A stretch of DNA of 64,000 nt from Candidatus Undinarchaeota archaeon (GTDB lineage: Archaea > SpSt-1190 > JASMDC01), in contig CAZFHY010000002.1 of the NCBI GenBank assembly GCA_964519305.1, positions 1-64,000 on the forward strand, given 5' to 3'. Below the pieces are notes generated by a model. That model was not told where the DNA came from and searched no databases. It worked only from the letters and a program-made list of their open reading frames with translations. This document shows positions 33,307 to 43,262 of this stretch, one piece after another. The position numbers and the translations under genes are program-made. Positions within the stretch are counted from its first letter, which is position 1, and each line of letters opens with the position of its first letter.

Positions 33307-34665
33307 GTGAGCTCTTTGGATAAGGTCTTCCGCACGACGAGGAGCGTATGTCCGACCTGTCTGCGGGAGCTCGAGGCCGAGGTAGGCGAGGACGAAGGCA
33401 GGGTCTGGTTGGTCCGTGAATGTCCTGATCACGGTACGATCCGGGCCCCCGTGGGTGTGGAACCATGGTATCAGGAAGGGCTGTCCCGTGACTTCTTTGC
33501 CCTGAACGGTGAGGCGCCCGTCACGGACGACTACGATTTCCCAGTGTACAATCTTTTCCTGACCATGCGATGCAACATGCGCTGTCCCATCTGTTCGGTC
33601 AATGGTGGGGACGAAGGTAGCGAAATGAGCGGGAAGGATGTGGACGACTTCCTGTCCAGGGTACGTGGTGTACAGGTCAACCTGTTCGGGGGCGAGCCCA
33701 CACTTCGGGACGACCTTGTGGATATCGTTCGCCGTGTGCGTGCATCTGGGAACCTCCCCGTGCTCTTTACGAATGGGAAGCGTCTCCTTGAATCGGGCTA
33801 CCTCGACGACCTTCTGTCATCGGGGCTCGCTGAGGTGCGCCTCCAGTTCGATTCGTTCGACGACGCTGCACTGGAACGTCTGCGTGGCGAAAAGGTGGCC
33901 ACCCTCCACGAAGAAGTGCTATCAGCACTTGAGGCACGTAAGGTCCCTACTGTGCTCGAAGTGGCCGTCGCCCGCGGGATCAACGAAGGTGAGCTCGGGG
34001 ACATACTCCGGTACGCCGTGGACCATCCGTTCATACGCGCGGTGGGTTTTCGCTCGCTCACTCGCCTAGGTCGGGCCCGCAAGGAGAACGCGGCCGCTCT
34101 GACCAACGACGAGCTTGCGCTCCTGCTCGAAAAGCAGACGGACGGCCAGTTCACCCTCCGGGGCCTCTACCGTTTCCAGCGGCTGTTCTTTGCCCTCTTC
34201 CACGTACTGGGACGGCTTAACTGCTTCTACAACCACCACATAGTCCTGGTCCGGGAGCACGACGGTGGGTTCACACCGCTGCCCCGACTATTGGACCTAG
34301 CGGCCCTCGAACCGTCCTTGGACGCCTATCGTGAGCGTGTGGTGGATGGTTCCTGGTTCGCGACACCTTTCCTGCTGACCGCTCTAGCCCGGGCGGGACT
34401 CTCCCGAGGTGGACTACGGTCCGTTCGACTACTGTGGCGCCAACTACTCTCTCTGGTGACCGGCGGTACCGTGACCGTTTCGGGCGGGAGCGGAGGTGTG
34501 CTCGTCGTCGGATTCGGAAGTCCATGCGATATGCTCACTTATGACCTGGCCAACACCGGTTTCTGCCAGGGGGGCAACGTCTCCCTTAGCGGCATCGCGA
34601 CCACTGCCGATGACAATCTCCAGCGCGAACGTGACGCGATCGCGGGCGCCGGGGACGTCCAATGA
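33307..34665 (+). CDS. Radical SAM protein (MJ0619/Tes-like architecture with N-terminal CxxC...CxxHG domain)
   Basis: TTRSVCPTC...CPDHG, CNMRCPIC cluster motif, GGEP, TNG, LQFD. Confidence 0.85.
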   Translation: MSSLDKVFRTTRSVCPTCLRELEAEVGEDEGRVWLVRECPDHGTIRAPVGVEPWYQEGLSRDFFALNGEAPVTDDYDFPVYNLFLTMRCNMRCPICSVNGGDEGSEMSGKDVDDFLSRVRGVQVNLFGGEPTLRDDLVDIVRRVRASGNLPVLFTNGKRLLESGYLDDLLSSGLAEVRLQFDSFDDAALERLRGEKVATLHEEVLSALEARKVPTVLEVAVARGINEGELGDILRYAVDHPFIRAVGFRSLTRLGRARKENAAALTNDELALLLEKQTDGQFTLRGLYRFQRLFFALFHVLGRLNCFYNHHIVLVREHDGGFTPLPRLLDLAALEPSLDAYRERVVDGSWFATPFLLTALARAGLSRGGLRSVRLLWRQLLSLVTGGTVTVSGGSGGVLVVGFGSPCDMLTYDLANTGFCQGGNVSLSGIATTADDNLQRERDAIAGAGDVQ

Positions 34666-34704
34666 GAACCTTTTTTAAAAGACCATTCTTAGTGGGCAGA
34701 TAGC

Positions 34705-35679
34705 ATGCGCATCGTCTCGCCCCTCAACACGGCCACCGAGGTTGACGCCCTCGTCGATGCCGGGGCCAACGAGTTCTATGCTGGACTGCTCCCTGCCACA
34801 TGGAAGGAGCGGTTCTCCCACTGCTCGCCCATCAATCGCCGGGAATGGCCGCAGTCCAACTTCGCAACTGCCGAGGAGCTGGGCAAGGCGATCGAGCGGG
34901 CACACGAGCGTGGCGCCCCGGTGAACCTTACCATGAACGCCCAGTACTACACACAGGGTCAGTATCCAGTTGTGCTCAAGGAGCTGGAGCGAGCGCTTGA
35001 TCTGGGGATCGACGCGCTCATCGTCGGGGACATTGGGCTCATGCTCACCCTACGCGAGCAGGGCGTCCCTGCACGGCTCCATGTGAGCACCGTGGGGACC
35101 ACTTTCAACTCGCGTACGGCAAAGTTGTACGAAGAGCTCGGTGCCGCGCGCCTGGTAATCCCTCGCCACTTCACCCTGCCTGAGCTGGAACGCCTGCGCG
35201 CTTCCACCTCTCTGGAGCTCGAGTTGTTCATCATCAACGCCCTTTGTAGCTTCATTGACGGGCTCTGCACGTTCCAGCATGCTTTGGACGTGGAGGGCTA
35301 TCCCGACCTCTATCTTGGTCCTGAAGGATGCCACGCATGCCGCCTCACTTATGAGGTGGAGGCACATGGACCTGAGGCCGAGACCGCAAGAAAGCACTAT
35401 CGTGGATGGAAGTCACTGCTCACCGAGGGCAACTGCCACTTCTGCGGAGCATGCGCTATCTGGGAACTGGACCGCATCGGTATGGACAGTGTCAAGATAA
35501 TCGGACGTATCCACGACACGGAGCGAAAACTGCGCGACCTTTCTCTTATCGCGTGGGCCCGTGACCTGCTGGCAGAGGGACTTACCAAGAAGGACTTTAT
35601 CGAACGGGTGACGGCGCGATATGCAGAAGTGTACGACTTCCCCTGCGAACAGCGATGCTACTACCCTACGGCGGTGTAA
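34705..35679 (+). CDS. U32 family 'peptidase' (UbiU/TrhP-like Fe-S hydroxylase family)
   Basis: GANEFYAG, DALIVGDIG, HVST, RLVIPRH, ELFI...C...GLC, CRL, CGAC, KIIGR. Confidence 0.88.
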   Translation: MRIVSPLNTATEVDALVDAGANEFYAGLLPATWKERFSHCSPINRREWPQSNFATAEELGKAIERAHERGAPVNLTMNAQYYTQGQYPVVLKELERALDLGIDALIVGDIGLMLTLREQGVPARLHVSTVGTTFNSRTAKLYEELGAARLVIPRHFTLPELERLRASTSLELELFIINALCSFIDGLCTFQHALDVEGYPDLYLGPEGCHACRLTYEVEAHGPEAETARKHYRGWKSLLTEGNCHFCGACAIWELDRIGMDSVKIIGRIHDTERKLRDLSLIAWARDLLAEGLTKKDFIERVTARYAEVYDFPCEQRCYYPTAV

Positions 35680-35684
35680 CTGAC

Positions 35685-36497
35685 ATGGAACACGCGCTCT
35701 ATCTATCACGGACAGATCTTACGAAGGACCTGGAGGACCGGTACACGCGGGTGTACTTCGGTGCTGAGTTCTGCCAGAACCTCATCCCCACTGCAAAGGA
35801 GCTTGGGAGCGTGCTCGATCTTTGCGAGGAACGTAAGCTGGACCTCACCCTCCTCACCCCCTATGTCACTGACGCGGGGCTAGACAAGCTGGAGCCCCTG
35901 TTCGCCCTAATGGTCGAGCGCCGACCCGGGAGCGAGGTGGTCATCAACGATTGGGGTACCCTTCGGATGATCAACGACCGGTTCGATGCCCTCGTACCGG
36001 TTTTCGGTCGGCTCATATCGCGCCAGAAGCGCGGCCCCCGACTTTCCCTGCTAAAGGGCAAGGTGCCCGATGCTATGGTGGACCACTTCCGACGTCTGGG
36101 GATCACAGTGCCTGTCGTGCGGCGGTTCTTGAGCGAACAGCGCATCGGACGCATCGAGCTCGATTGGCCACTTCAGGGACTCGATGTCGATCTCGATTTC
36201 CCTGATGTAAAGATTAGCGGGACCTTGTACAAACCATGGATCTATGTCACGACCACGCGCCTCTGCCTCACGAACGCCTGTGATCAGCCGGAAAAAGTGG
36301 ACCGCGTGGGGATATTCCCTTGCGGCCGTGAGTGCGATAACTACACGTTCCGACTAACACATCCCACAGTACCCGTAGAGCTCGTGCTCAAGGGCAACAC
36401 CCAGTTCTACCGCAACGAGGACGTTCCCTCGGAGACGGAGCTGGAGGGGATGGGCATCGATCGCTTGGTGTTCGAGCCCGAGGTCCCTGGCGGATAG
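35685..36497 (+). CDS. U32-like partner protein (UbiV-like)
   Basis: ATG 5 nt after the U32 stop. RVYFGAEFC, LLTPYV, EVVINDWG, GRLISRQKRGPR, TTTRLC, CGREC, KGNTQF. Confidence 0.75.
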   Translation: MEHALYLSRTDLTKDLEDRYTRVYFGAEFCQNLIPTAKELGSVLDLCEERKLDLTLLTPYVTDAGLDKLEPLFALMVERRPGSEVVINDWGTLRMINDRFDALVPVFGRLISRQKRGPRLSLLKGKVPDAMVDHFRRLGITVPVVRRFLSEQRIGRIELDWPLQGLDVDLDFPDVKISGTLYKPWIYVTTTRLCLTNACDQPEKVDRVGIFPCGRECDNYTFRLTHPTVPVELVLKGNTQFYRNEDVPSETELEGMGIDRLVFEPEVPGG

Positions 36498-36506
36498 GCG
36501 GGGGAT

Positions 36507-37661
36507 GTGGTAGTTCGACGTGACCTTGCAGCAGCCCTTCTGGTCCTGCTGCTCGCCATCCCATATCACGCCGGTACGTTGACCGAACTCCAGGCCAATG
36601 CCCTAGAGCTCAAACCGGCGGACGAGGCACTCATGGCCGCTCCACCTCGGTGGGAGAACGGTACGATCTTCGTCGAATCACCTATGCGTCAGTATCCGAG
36701 CTCCCGCATCTATCTCATCCTCAGGTCCTGGTACGTCTATACGCCCGATACCGTGTCGTATCTGGAGGCCGCCGAGATGGTGTGCACGGGATGGATGGAC
36801 TGGCATCATTATCGCGTCCCCTTCATTCTATTCCCGCTGACAGCAGCGCCGCTCTACTGTCCGACACGCGCGCTCAACGCAATGGTCGCGACCAATCTCA
36901 TCCTCATGGCCGGGACGTTCTTCCTGGTATGGCGGATCCTGGGCCGGTTGGGCCTTGGGAGCTACGCGAGGACGGCCGTGCTGGGTTGGATGGTGCTATC
37001 GCCCCTCCCCCTTCGCGGTTTCACGCTCATGTCCGAGTCGGCCAACCTATTCTTCTACCTATTAGTGCTGGAACGCTTCCTCGCCTACGAGGCGGAGGGT
37101 GCACGTCACCGAAAAGGATTGCTCGTTGCAGCGGCCTTCTTTCTCCTGGGACGGCCTACTAACGCTCTCCTATACATGTCATTTCTCCTGTTCCGCCAGC
37201 TGAGGTCACGTCCCTTCGACCCACGGCTGCTCTGGCCGCTCATAGTGCTCCTCCCCGTGCTACCTGCAGTTGCCACGAACATCGAGCATGCCAAGTCCCT
37301 TGACCTCATGTACCGCAGCTGTGATGGATACCTTCCATGCTTCGCCCGCCACTTCAACCGGGGCCTGGCCGAGGTCGGTGCCTCTTGTGCTGTCGAGCAG
37401 TTCCTCCCGGACTCCATCGCCCAGGCGATATACACCACCGGCCTCCCGGCCCTGCTCGTTCTTGCGATCCTCGTTGTCGGACAGGGTCTGAGACAGGCGT
37501 TCGTTACGGGGCCCATGGCAATTCTCGCGTTCCAACTTGTGGCCGTTGTCCTGTACATGCCGCTCGCAGGCCATTACATCGGCTATCGCCATGTGATATT
37601 CGGTACACCCTTGTTGATGGGGCTCATAGTCGGGCTCTTGTCACCCCCGGCACAGGAGTAG
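36507..37661 (+). CDS. Polytopic membrane protein, GT-C (ArnT/PMT-like) glycosyltransferase candidate
   Basis: External loop with PDTVSY acidic motif, later MSES and RP motifs, and many TM helices. Confidence 0.55.
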   Translation: MVVRRDLAAALLVLLLAIPYHAGTLTELQANALELKPADEALMAAPPRWENGTIFVESPMRQYPSSRIYLILRSWYVYTPDTVSYLEAAEMVCTGWMDWHHYRVPFILFPLTAAPLYCPTRALNAMVATNLILMAGTFFLVWRILGRLGLGSYARTAVLGWMVLSPLPLRGFTLMSESANLFFYLLVLERFLAYEAEGARHRKGLLVAAAFFLLGRPTNALLYMSFLLFRQLRSRPFDPRLLWPLIVLLPVLPAVATNIEHAKSLDLMYRSCDGYLPCFARHFNRGLAEVGASCAVEQFLPDSIAQAIYTTGLPALLVLAILVVGQGLRQAFVTGPMAILAFQLVAVVLYMPLAGHYIGYRHVIFGTPLLMGLIVGLLSPPAQE

Positions 37662-37666
37662 CGAGC

Positions 37667-39475
37667 TCAGCAGTAGCGCTCCCGGCCAGCGGGCGTGAGC
37701 GTCAGCAGGTGTACGTCATGATCCCCCTCACCGAGCACTATGTACTCCCCGAGATCGCCTACAGTTTCCGATGTGTAGAGGTAGGCATTCTGCATGGTGC
37801 AAAGTGTGTCGCGCACGCGTCCGGTGTCGAGCACGAACCGGGGTGACGCTGGCGAGACCGACGCTGCCAAGGGGATAGCGCACCGTTGTGTCGCCGATTG
37901 GACCAGGTCCACGTCCCCTTGGATGAGGACGACCGCTCCCTCAGGTATCGATGAGATGGCGTCGAGGCCGGGACGGAGGGCCGGGTCCTCGAACGCTGCT
38001 GGTGGTGCAAGCTCATGGCGGGCGGGACCATTGAGACCGAACGTTGACGTACGCGCGACGGCGGGCAGGACCCGGAGGGTCGTGACCTCCGCCCGCACTT
38101 CGACGATACGCCGCTCGCGAGCGTACAGGACAGGAGCATGGTGCTCACTTGGGAATAGGAGCTGCCAGGTGGGATCGGGGACAACTTCGACGTCTGTAAG
38201 GATTGTCAGCACTGCGACCAGTGCGATGACGATCCCCAATACATTCCATAGCTGGTCTGGCTCTCGCAAGACCCGTGCTGTCCCTATGGTCAGGAAAACG
38301 ATCATAGGCGGGATGAATGGAAGGAAGAGGCGCTCCTTGTCCCAGTCCCAGCTCTCCTGGGGAGCGAGGATGATGAAGTAGGTAGCGAACCACAACAAAG
38401 CGACCATTAACATCCATCGCCGCTCCTTATCCCATATCCCGGTCAAGGCCATCGCTGTCAGAGGTATTCCGAGCCAGGCCAGGATACGCAGGAACGCGAG
38501 CATGAACGCCGGATAAGGGTAACCCGGTGTCCTGATGATACCGTTTTGGAAGTTCAATCTACCATGGAAAGGAAATGTCATGCTCCCTATCCGCTGGGCG
38601 TGAACCTGTTCCTCGCCATCAGAGGATGCCATGAGAGAGCGGTCACATAAGACATCATCGCGATAGGCAGCTGGATCGCAGAAGAAGAGGCAGCCTTGGG
38701 TCGGGTGGACGAACACGCTCCCGCACATGGACTGGTACCACAGCATCCAAGGGATCACGGTAAAGAGCGTGCCCAACGCGAACGCCAGAAGTACGGGCCC
38801 CCTTCGTGATGCCTGCGCGAGCCACCACAGGATAGGGATGGCGAGCACCATAAGGATGTGCAAGACTCCGCATGCGGCACCGTACACCATCCCCATCGCC
38901 AGCGCTGTACGGATCGAGGGCCTTCCCCGGAGCAGCAGCATGGCGAGGAGGGTGGTTACCAGGAGGATAACTGGACGATTGGAGTGGAACGGTCGGGGTA
39001 CGACCGCTGTCGTGGAGGGATCACCGAGGTGCTCCCAGAACAGGATGGTCGGGTGGAGGGCGACCAGGATCATGCACATCAAGGCGATTCCACGGCTGCG
39101 ACCCACTCGCAATGCGAGAACATAAGTGAGCAGGGCGGCCGTCGCCACGCCGAGACCGTGGACCAGACGCAGGCCGAATGTGCCGAAGAACAGGAACAAT
39201 GGCGCTGCCACCGCAGGTACCCCAACTCGCACCATGGAAGTGGGACTGGCATCAGGCATGGTCGGTACGGGATCGGTGGTGCACGTACCCAGCGCATCGT
39301 CGATGACCGAATTACGGGCCAGGCCCGTGATAGCGAGCAGCCAGTTCACGTCCTCGTTGGAGAACCGGAGCGAGAGGCTTGGATTGACCAGGAGCCCGTG
39401 GAGGAGCAGGATGACGATGAAGAGCAGGACGGGAGCTGCGTCCCATGGATCACGGAGCCCCTCCCTTCCGGCCAT
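37667..39475 (-). CDS. Polytopic membrane protein, GT-C-like glycosyltransferase candidate
   Basis: TM1 followed by NEDVNW, then G.P...AP, HP, PW and ERLFLP motifs, with a soluble C-terminal domain. TTTAAA ~25 nt upstream of ATG 39475 supports this start over 39532. Confidence 0.6.
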   Translation of the reverse strand: MAGREGLRDPWDAAPVLLFIVILLLHGLLVNPSLSLRFSNEDVNWLLAITGLARNSVIDDALGTCTTDPVPTMPDASPTSMVRVGVPAVAAPLFLFFGTFGLRLVHGLGVATAALLTYVLALRVGRSRGIALMCMILVALHPTILFWEHLGDPSTTAVVPRPFHSNRPVILLVTTLLAMLLLRGRPSIRTALAMGMVYGAACGVLHILMVLAIPILWWLAQASRRGPVLLAFALGTLFTVIPWMLWYQSMCGSVFVHPTQGCLFFCDPAAYRDDVLCDRSLMASSDGEEQVHAQRIGSMTFPFHGRLNFQNGIIRTPGYPYPAFMLAFLRILAWLGIPLTAMALTGIWDKERRWMLMVALLWFATYFIILAPQESWDWDKERLFLPFIPPMIVFLTIGTARVLREPDQLWNVLGIVIALVAVLTILTDVEVVPDPTWQLLFPSEHHAPVLYARERRIVEVRAEVTTLRVLPAVARTSTFGLNGPARHELAPPAAFEDPALRPGLDAISSIPEGAVVLIQGDVDLVQSATQRCAIPLAASVSPASPRFVLDTGRVRDTLCTMQNAYLYTSETVGDLGEYIVLGEGDHDVHLLTLTPAGRERYC

Positions 39476-39578
39476 CTTATTTCTAGGGAGCGCACCATCT
39501 TTAAATGGGCTACGGATGGCGTCTGCGCCCAAGTCGCGAAGGAACCTTTAAGTGCGTTCCCTTGGAAGGGGGGGATAC

Positions 39579-40577
39579 ATGCTCGTGAGGATGTTCAGGC
39601 GCCTGTACAAGACCCTCGCTGAGGGCGGCAACCGCGCCATTTGGCTCATTCTCGCGGTGGTCCTCATCTACTTGATAGGTGTAGTGGGTATCTACCACTT
39701 CGAGCATGGGAAGAACGACATGATCACGAACCGGGAGGATGCTCTCTACTGGGGCGTCATCACCATGTCGACGATAGGGTACGGCGATATCTACCCCGTG
39801 ACCTTCGAGGGACGCATGCTCACAGTTGTGTTCGCTGTCCTTGGCATCTCGGCCTTCGCCGTGGCCGCGAGCGCCCTGTTCGAGTTCATCGTCACACGTA
39901 ACGTAAGGAGGCTTTTAGGAATGGAGCGATGCGACTGGGAGAACCATATAGTCATCTGCGGCTGGAACGAGACCGCCAAGTCGACCCTCAGAGAGCTGCG
40001 GGCCAACGATCCGCGGCCGGTTGTGATCGTCGATCCATCTACCGTGGAGGACACTTCCGATGAGGTGCTCCATGTAAAGGGTGATTACTGGAAGGAGAAC
40101 GTGCTGCGCAAGGCAGCTGCCGCCAAGGCCGATTTCGGGCTCGTTTCCACCGGTGACGACTCCCGGACCATCATCACTATCCTCCTGCTACGCCGGATCA
40201 ATAAGGATATCCAGATAGTCGCCGAGGCGCTTGACGAGGGTAACGGCGAGCTCATGAAGCAGGCCGGGGCCCTGGTGGTCAACTCCTCCTCCTTCGGTGG
40301 CCGCCTCCTGGCGAGCTTCGTTTTCGAGGCAGGTGTGACCCGGCTATTCGAGGAACTGTCCACCTCTTCCTTCGGGAACGACGTGTTCGAGTTCCCTGCA
40401 CCCCGCACGGGCACGTTCGGAGACCTCCTGACCGAACTGAAGAAGGAGCAGAACATCATCATCGTGGGTATCAAGGCCAAGGACGCTATCAATGCCAATC
40501 CTCCCTGGGACCACAAGATCGATGAAGGGGAAGTGCTCATGGCCCTTGGTGTGGAGGAGCACGAGAAGAGCGAGTGA
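39579..40577 (+). CDS. Potassium channel with RCK/TrkA-N domain (MthK/Kch-like)
   Basis: Pore signature TMSTIGYGD between two TMs, and an RCK domain starting NHIVICGW. Confidence 0.92.
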   Translation: MLVRMFRRLYKTLAEGGNRAIWLILAVVLIYLIGVVGIYHFEHGKNDMITNREDALYWGVITMSTIGYGDIYPVTFEGRMLTVVFAVLGISAFAVAASALFEFIVTRNVRRLLGMERCDWENHIVICGWNETAKSTLRELRANDPRPVVIVDPSTVEDTSDEVLHVKGDYWKENVLRKAAAAKADFGLVSTGDDSRTIITILLLRRINKDIQIVAEALDEGNGELMKQAGALVVNSSSFGGRLLASFVFEAGVTRLFEELSTSSFGNDVFEFPAPRTGTFGDLLTELKKEQNIIIVGIKAKDAINANPPWDHKIDEGEVLMALGVEEHEKSE

Positions 40578-40580
40578 TCC

Positions 40581-41975
40581 CTACCGCCCCAGGACCATTC
40601 CCCGGAGCATCCCCAATCCCACACGCACTTCGTCCAATCGGCGCTCTCGCACTACCTTCATCGCTTCTCGAGCGAACACCCGTGGCCTGAGGATGAAGGT
40701 GCGGAACGCTTCGTCCGCCAGTTCCTCGATCTCCTTGGGCGTGAGGGCATCAGTGCGCACCGCAGCATGTCGTTCGTCCATGGTATCGCCTGCAAGGTTG
40801 CCGCTCTGCGCCACTTCCTTGTGGAATGGAGTGCCCTCATAGGGTGAGGCCACGAAGAATGAGCAGTAGTCCGCGTCCACCTCGAGGACGAGGTCCAGAG
40901 TCTGCTGTACGGTCTCCCGGGTCTCCCCGGGCAGCCCTACCATGGCCGAGAACACGATCTCAAGGCCCGCCTCCCGGGTGAGCTTGGCAGCCTTGCGGAC
41001 CTGGTCGGGTGTTATACCTTTACTACAGGCACTGAGCACATCGGTCGAACCTGATTCGAGCCCGTAGAAGATGTACCTGCACCCTGCCCGTTTCATGGCC
41101 GCAAGCATCTCGGCATCCACTGTATCGACCCGTGCATTGCAGGTCCATCCGACGTCGAGGTCCTCGGCCACAAGACGTTGGCACAGTTCCAGTACGAACC
41201 GCCTGTCCTGGGTGAATGTATCGGCGTAGAACGCCACCGTAGGGATATCCAGCTCACGGACAACGTGGGCCACCTCCTCGACGATAGCTGCCGGCTCCCT
41301 GTACCGGGCACGGTTCCCGTAGAGCAGGGGCGCAGTGCAGAACGAGCACCTGTGGGGACATCCCCGCCCGGCCAGTACGGTGGTGTAACGTTCACCGGTG
41401 AACACGAAACGATACCTGTCGAGGTCGATCAGGTGACGAGCGGGATATGGTAGAGCGTCCAGTTCGAGGAAAGGCCGCCGTGGAGCCTTCATGACCTTCC
41501 CATCGGACCCCCTGGCAACCAGTCCGGGTACACCTGCGGGGGGACGCCCGCTCTCCAACCGAGCGGCCAGCTCGTCCACTGTACCCTCGATCTCGCCCGT
41601 GAGGACCGAATCGGCACCGTCCGCAAGGAGGCGTGCAGGATGAGCTGTGGGTAGCGTACCGGTCACCGTTACATGGGCGTCCGGTGCCTTGTCCTTCATG
41701 GTCCTGACCAGCGCCATGTCGTCCTCATAGGTGGTCGGGGATACGTTGATGAGCACGAGGTCAGCTGAGTTCAGCTCACCGAGCGGTGCGGCGACACCAT
41801 CGTGCACCTCTGCGATCCATCCCCGCCGTTCGAGCACGGCCGCGGGATAGATAAGGCTCAGTGGGACCAGTGTCAGCAGCTCAACCTGCCCTTCCCCGGT
41901 ACAGCGCCCCTCCCTGCCGGCACATCTGCGGGACGGGACGGGGGGATTGATGAGGAGTGCGCGACGTGCGCTCAT
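40581..41975 (-). CDS. B12-binding domain radical SAM protein
   Basis: LLINPP N-terminus, PLSLIYPAAVL, GRGCPHRCSFC, YGLESGS, GLPGET. Confidence 0.9.
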   Translation of the reverse strand: MSARRALLINPPVPSRRCAGREGRCTGEGQVELLTLVPLSLIYPAAVLERRGWIAEVHDGVAAPLGELNSADLVLINVSPTTYEDDMALVRTMKDKAPDAHVTVTGTLPTAHPARLLADGADSVLTGEIEGTVDELAARLESGRPPAGVPGLVARGSDGKVMKAPRRPFLELDALPYPARHLIDLDRYRFVFTGERYTTVLAGRGCPHRCSFCTAPLLYGNRARYREPAAIVEEVAHVVRELDIPTVAFYADTFTQDRRFVLELCQRLVAEDLDVGWTCNARVDTVDAEMLAAMKRAGCRYIFYGLESGSTDVLSACSKGITPDQVRKAAKLTREAGLEIVFSAMVGLPGETRETVQQTLDLVLEVDADYCSFFVASPYEGTPFHKEVAQSGNLAGDTMDERHAAVRTDALTPKEIEELADEAFRTFILRPRVFAREAMKVVRERRLDEVRVGLGMLRGMVLGR

Positions 41976-43201
41976 GATCCCTCACTCCTGAAATACTCGG
42001 GGAACAGTACTGTACATACAGAGGCGAGCCCTACTCCCGATACGGGTACCAACGGCGCGTACATACTAAGGAACGTTTCAGGGGAGTACATGGCATACGC
42101 CGAGTACGCGGCAAAGGGGGCCCACCATAAGAGGACCGGGGCCAAAGCGTACCAACCTGCAACCGCAAGCCCCACGAGCGCTGTCATCGCGGTCATTGGG
42201 GCATGGATGTTGCGAAGAAGGTAGCGGTCCTCCGATGCCCACCTGTCCTCTGATGAGCCCATCAGTCGTGCCAGCTCATCGATCCGCATCTGAAGACCAC
42301 CGAACGACTCTGGACCTTCCCGCGTGCTGTCGATGGCGATATGGACTAGCGATGGGAGCGTGAGGGCGAGGAGGAGTGCGGCGAGCGTTATGGGTGATAC
42401 GGCTCTCCTCTTCTCTTCTTTACCAGCGATAAGGACCATCGCAGGGATGATTAGGAGAAGGTTCTCTTTGGAGAGGCTGGCCGCTAGAGCCAGGGACGCA
42501 ACGGAAAGGCCTGCCAGCGGACGCGAGGACGTGCGCAGCGAAGCTGCTAGGGCCGTTATCGCGAGAACCTGGAGGAACAGTGAGAGCGACGGATCGGCAG
42601 CGGCCGTGGATACCGCGACATGGAGGGGCATAAGGACGAGGGATGCGCTTGCGAGCAATGCCGCACCTCGGTTACCGAGCACAAGGAACGTGAGCACGAA
42701 AAGACCGGGGACCGTCAGCAATGCCGCAATAAGGGAAACAGCACGTGCCGTGGTGACGGAAGTGCCTGCCAGAGCGAACGCCAGGGCCAGGCTCGTCGGG
42801 TACCCGGCGGTCCTCCCGTCCGTGCGTGGGGTTGGACATTCGACACTGGCGGAAGGAAGATGTTGGGCGAAGATATCCTGACCGCTCTTGTCGAAGTCGC
42901 AGTACGCGTTCATGTGTCGGAGGAGAACGGTCCTTCCCTGGAGCATACCTAGATGGTCCCGCTCCATGGGCGTATAGACGTCAGGGGCCCCGAGCCTCAC
43001 AAAGAAAGCCAAGGCAGTGAGGAACGCGAGCACCGCCCAGGTGGACCGGGGTACCTCTTGGAGAGCGTTGCGGAACGCACGCCTGCCTCCTACTGCCAGC
43101 ACCACCACCAATCCCCAGGCAGCAAAGGCCGTGGTAGCCTCTGCACCGGGCATGACGTGGAGCATGGTATAGGTTGTGAATGGGGCAACCTTTTTTACCA
43201 T
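41972..43201 (-). CDS. GT-C (ArnT/PMT_2-like) membrane glycosyltransferase candidate
   Basis: AGYP...AFALAGTSVTTARAVS, AALLASASLVLMPLHVAVS, KEN motif. 4-nt overlap with the B12 radical SAM gene. Exact start uncertain. Confidence 0.65.
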   Translation of the reverse strand: MVKKVAPFTTYTMLHVMPGAEATTAFAAWGLVVVLAVGGRRAFRNALQEVPRSTWAVLAFLTALAFFVRLGAPDVYTPMERDHLGMLQGRTVLLRHMNAYCDFDKSGQDIFAQHLPSASVECPTPRTDGRTAGYPTSLALAFALAGTSVTTARAVSLIAALLTVPGLFVLTFLVLGNRGAALLASASLVLMPLHVAVSTAAADPSLSLFLQVLAITALAASLRTSSRPLAGLSVASLALAASLSKENLLLIIPAMVLIAGKEEKRRAVSPITLAALLLALTLPSLVHIAIDSTREGPESFGGLQMRIDELARLMGSSEDRWASEDRYLLRNIHAPMTAMTALVGLAVAGWYALAPVLLWWAPFAAYSAYAMYSPETFLSMYAPLVPVSGVGLASVCTVLFPEYFRSEGS

Positions 43202-43262
43202 AACCCCCGGGCGGCCGATGATTGCATCCCCTTTCTTAAATCAAGCATATCTACCGGTGCCC

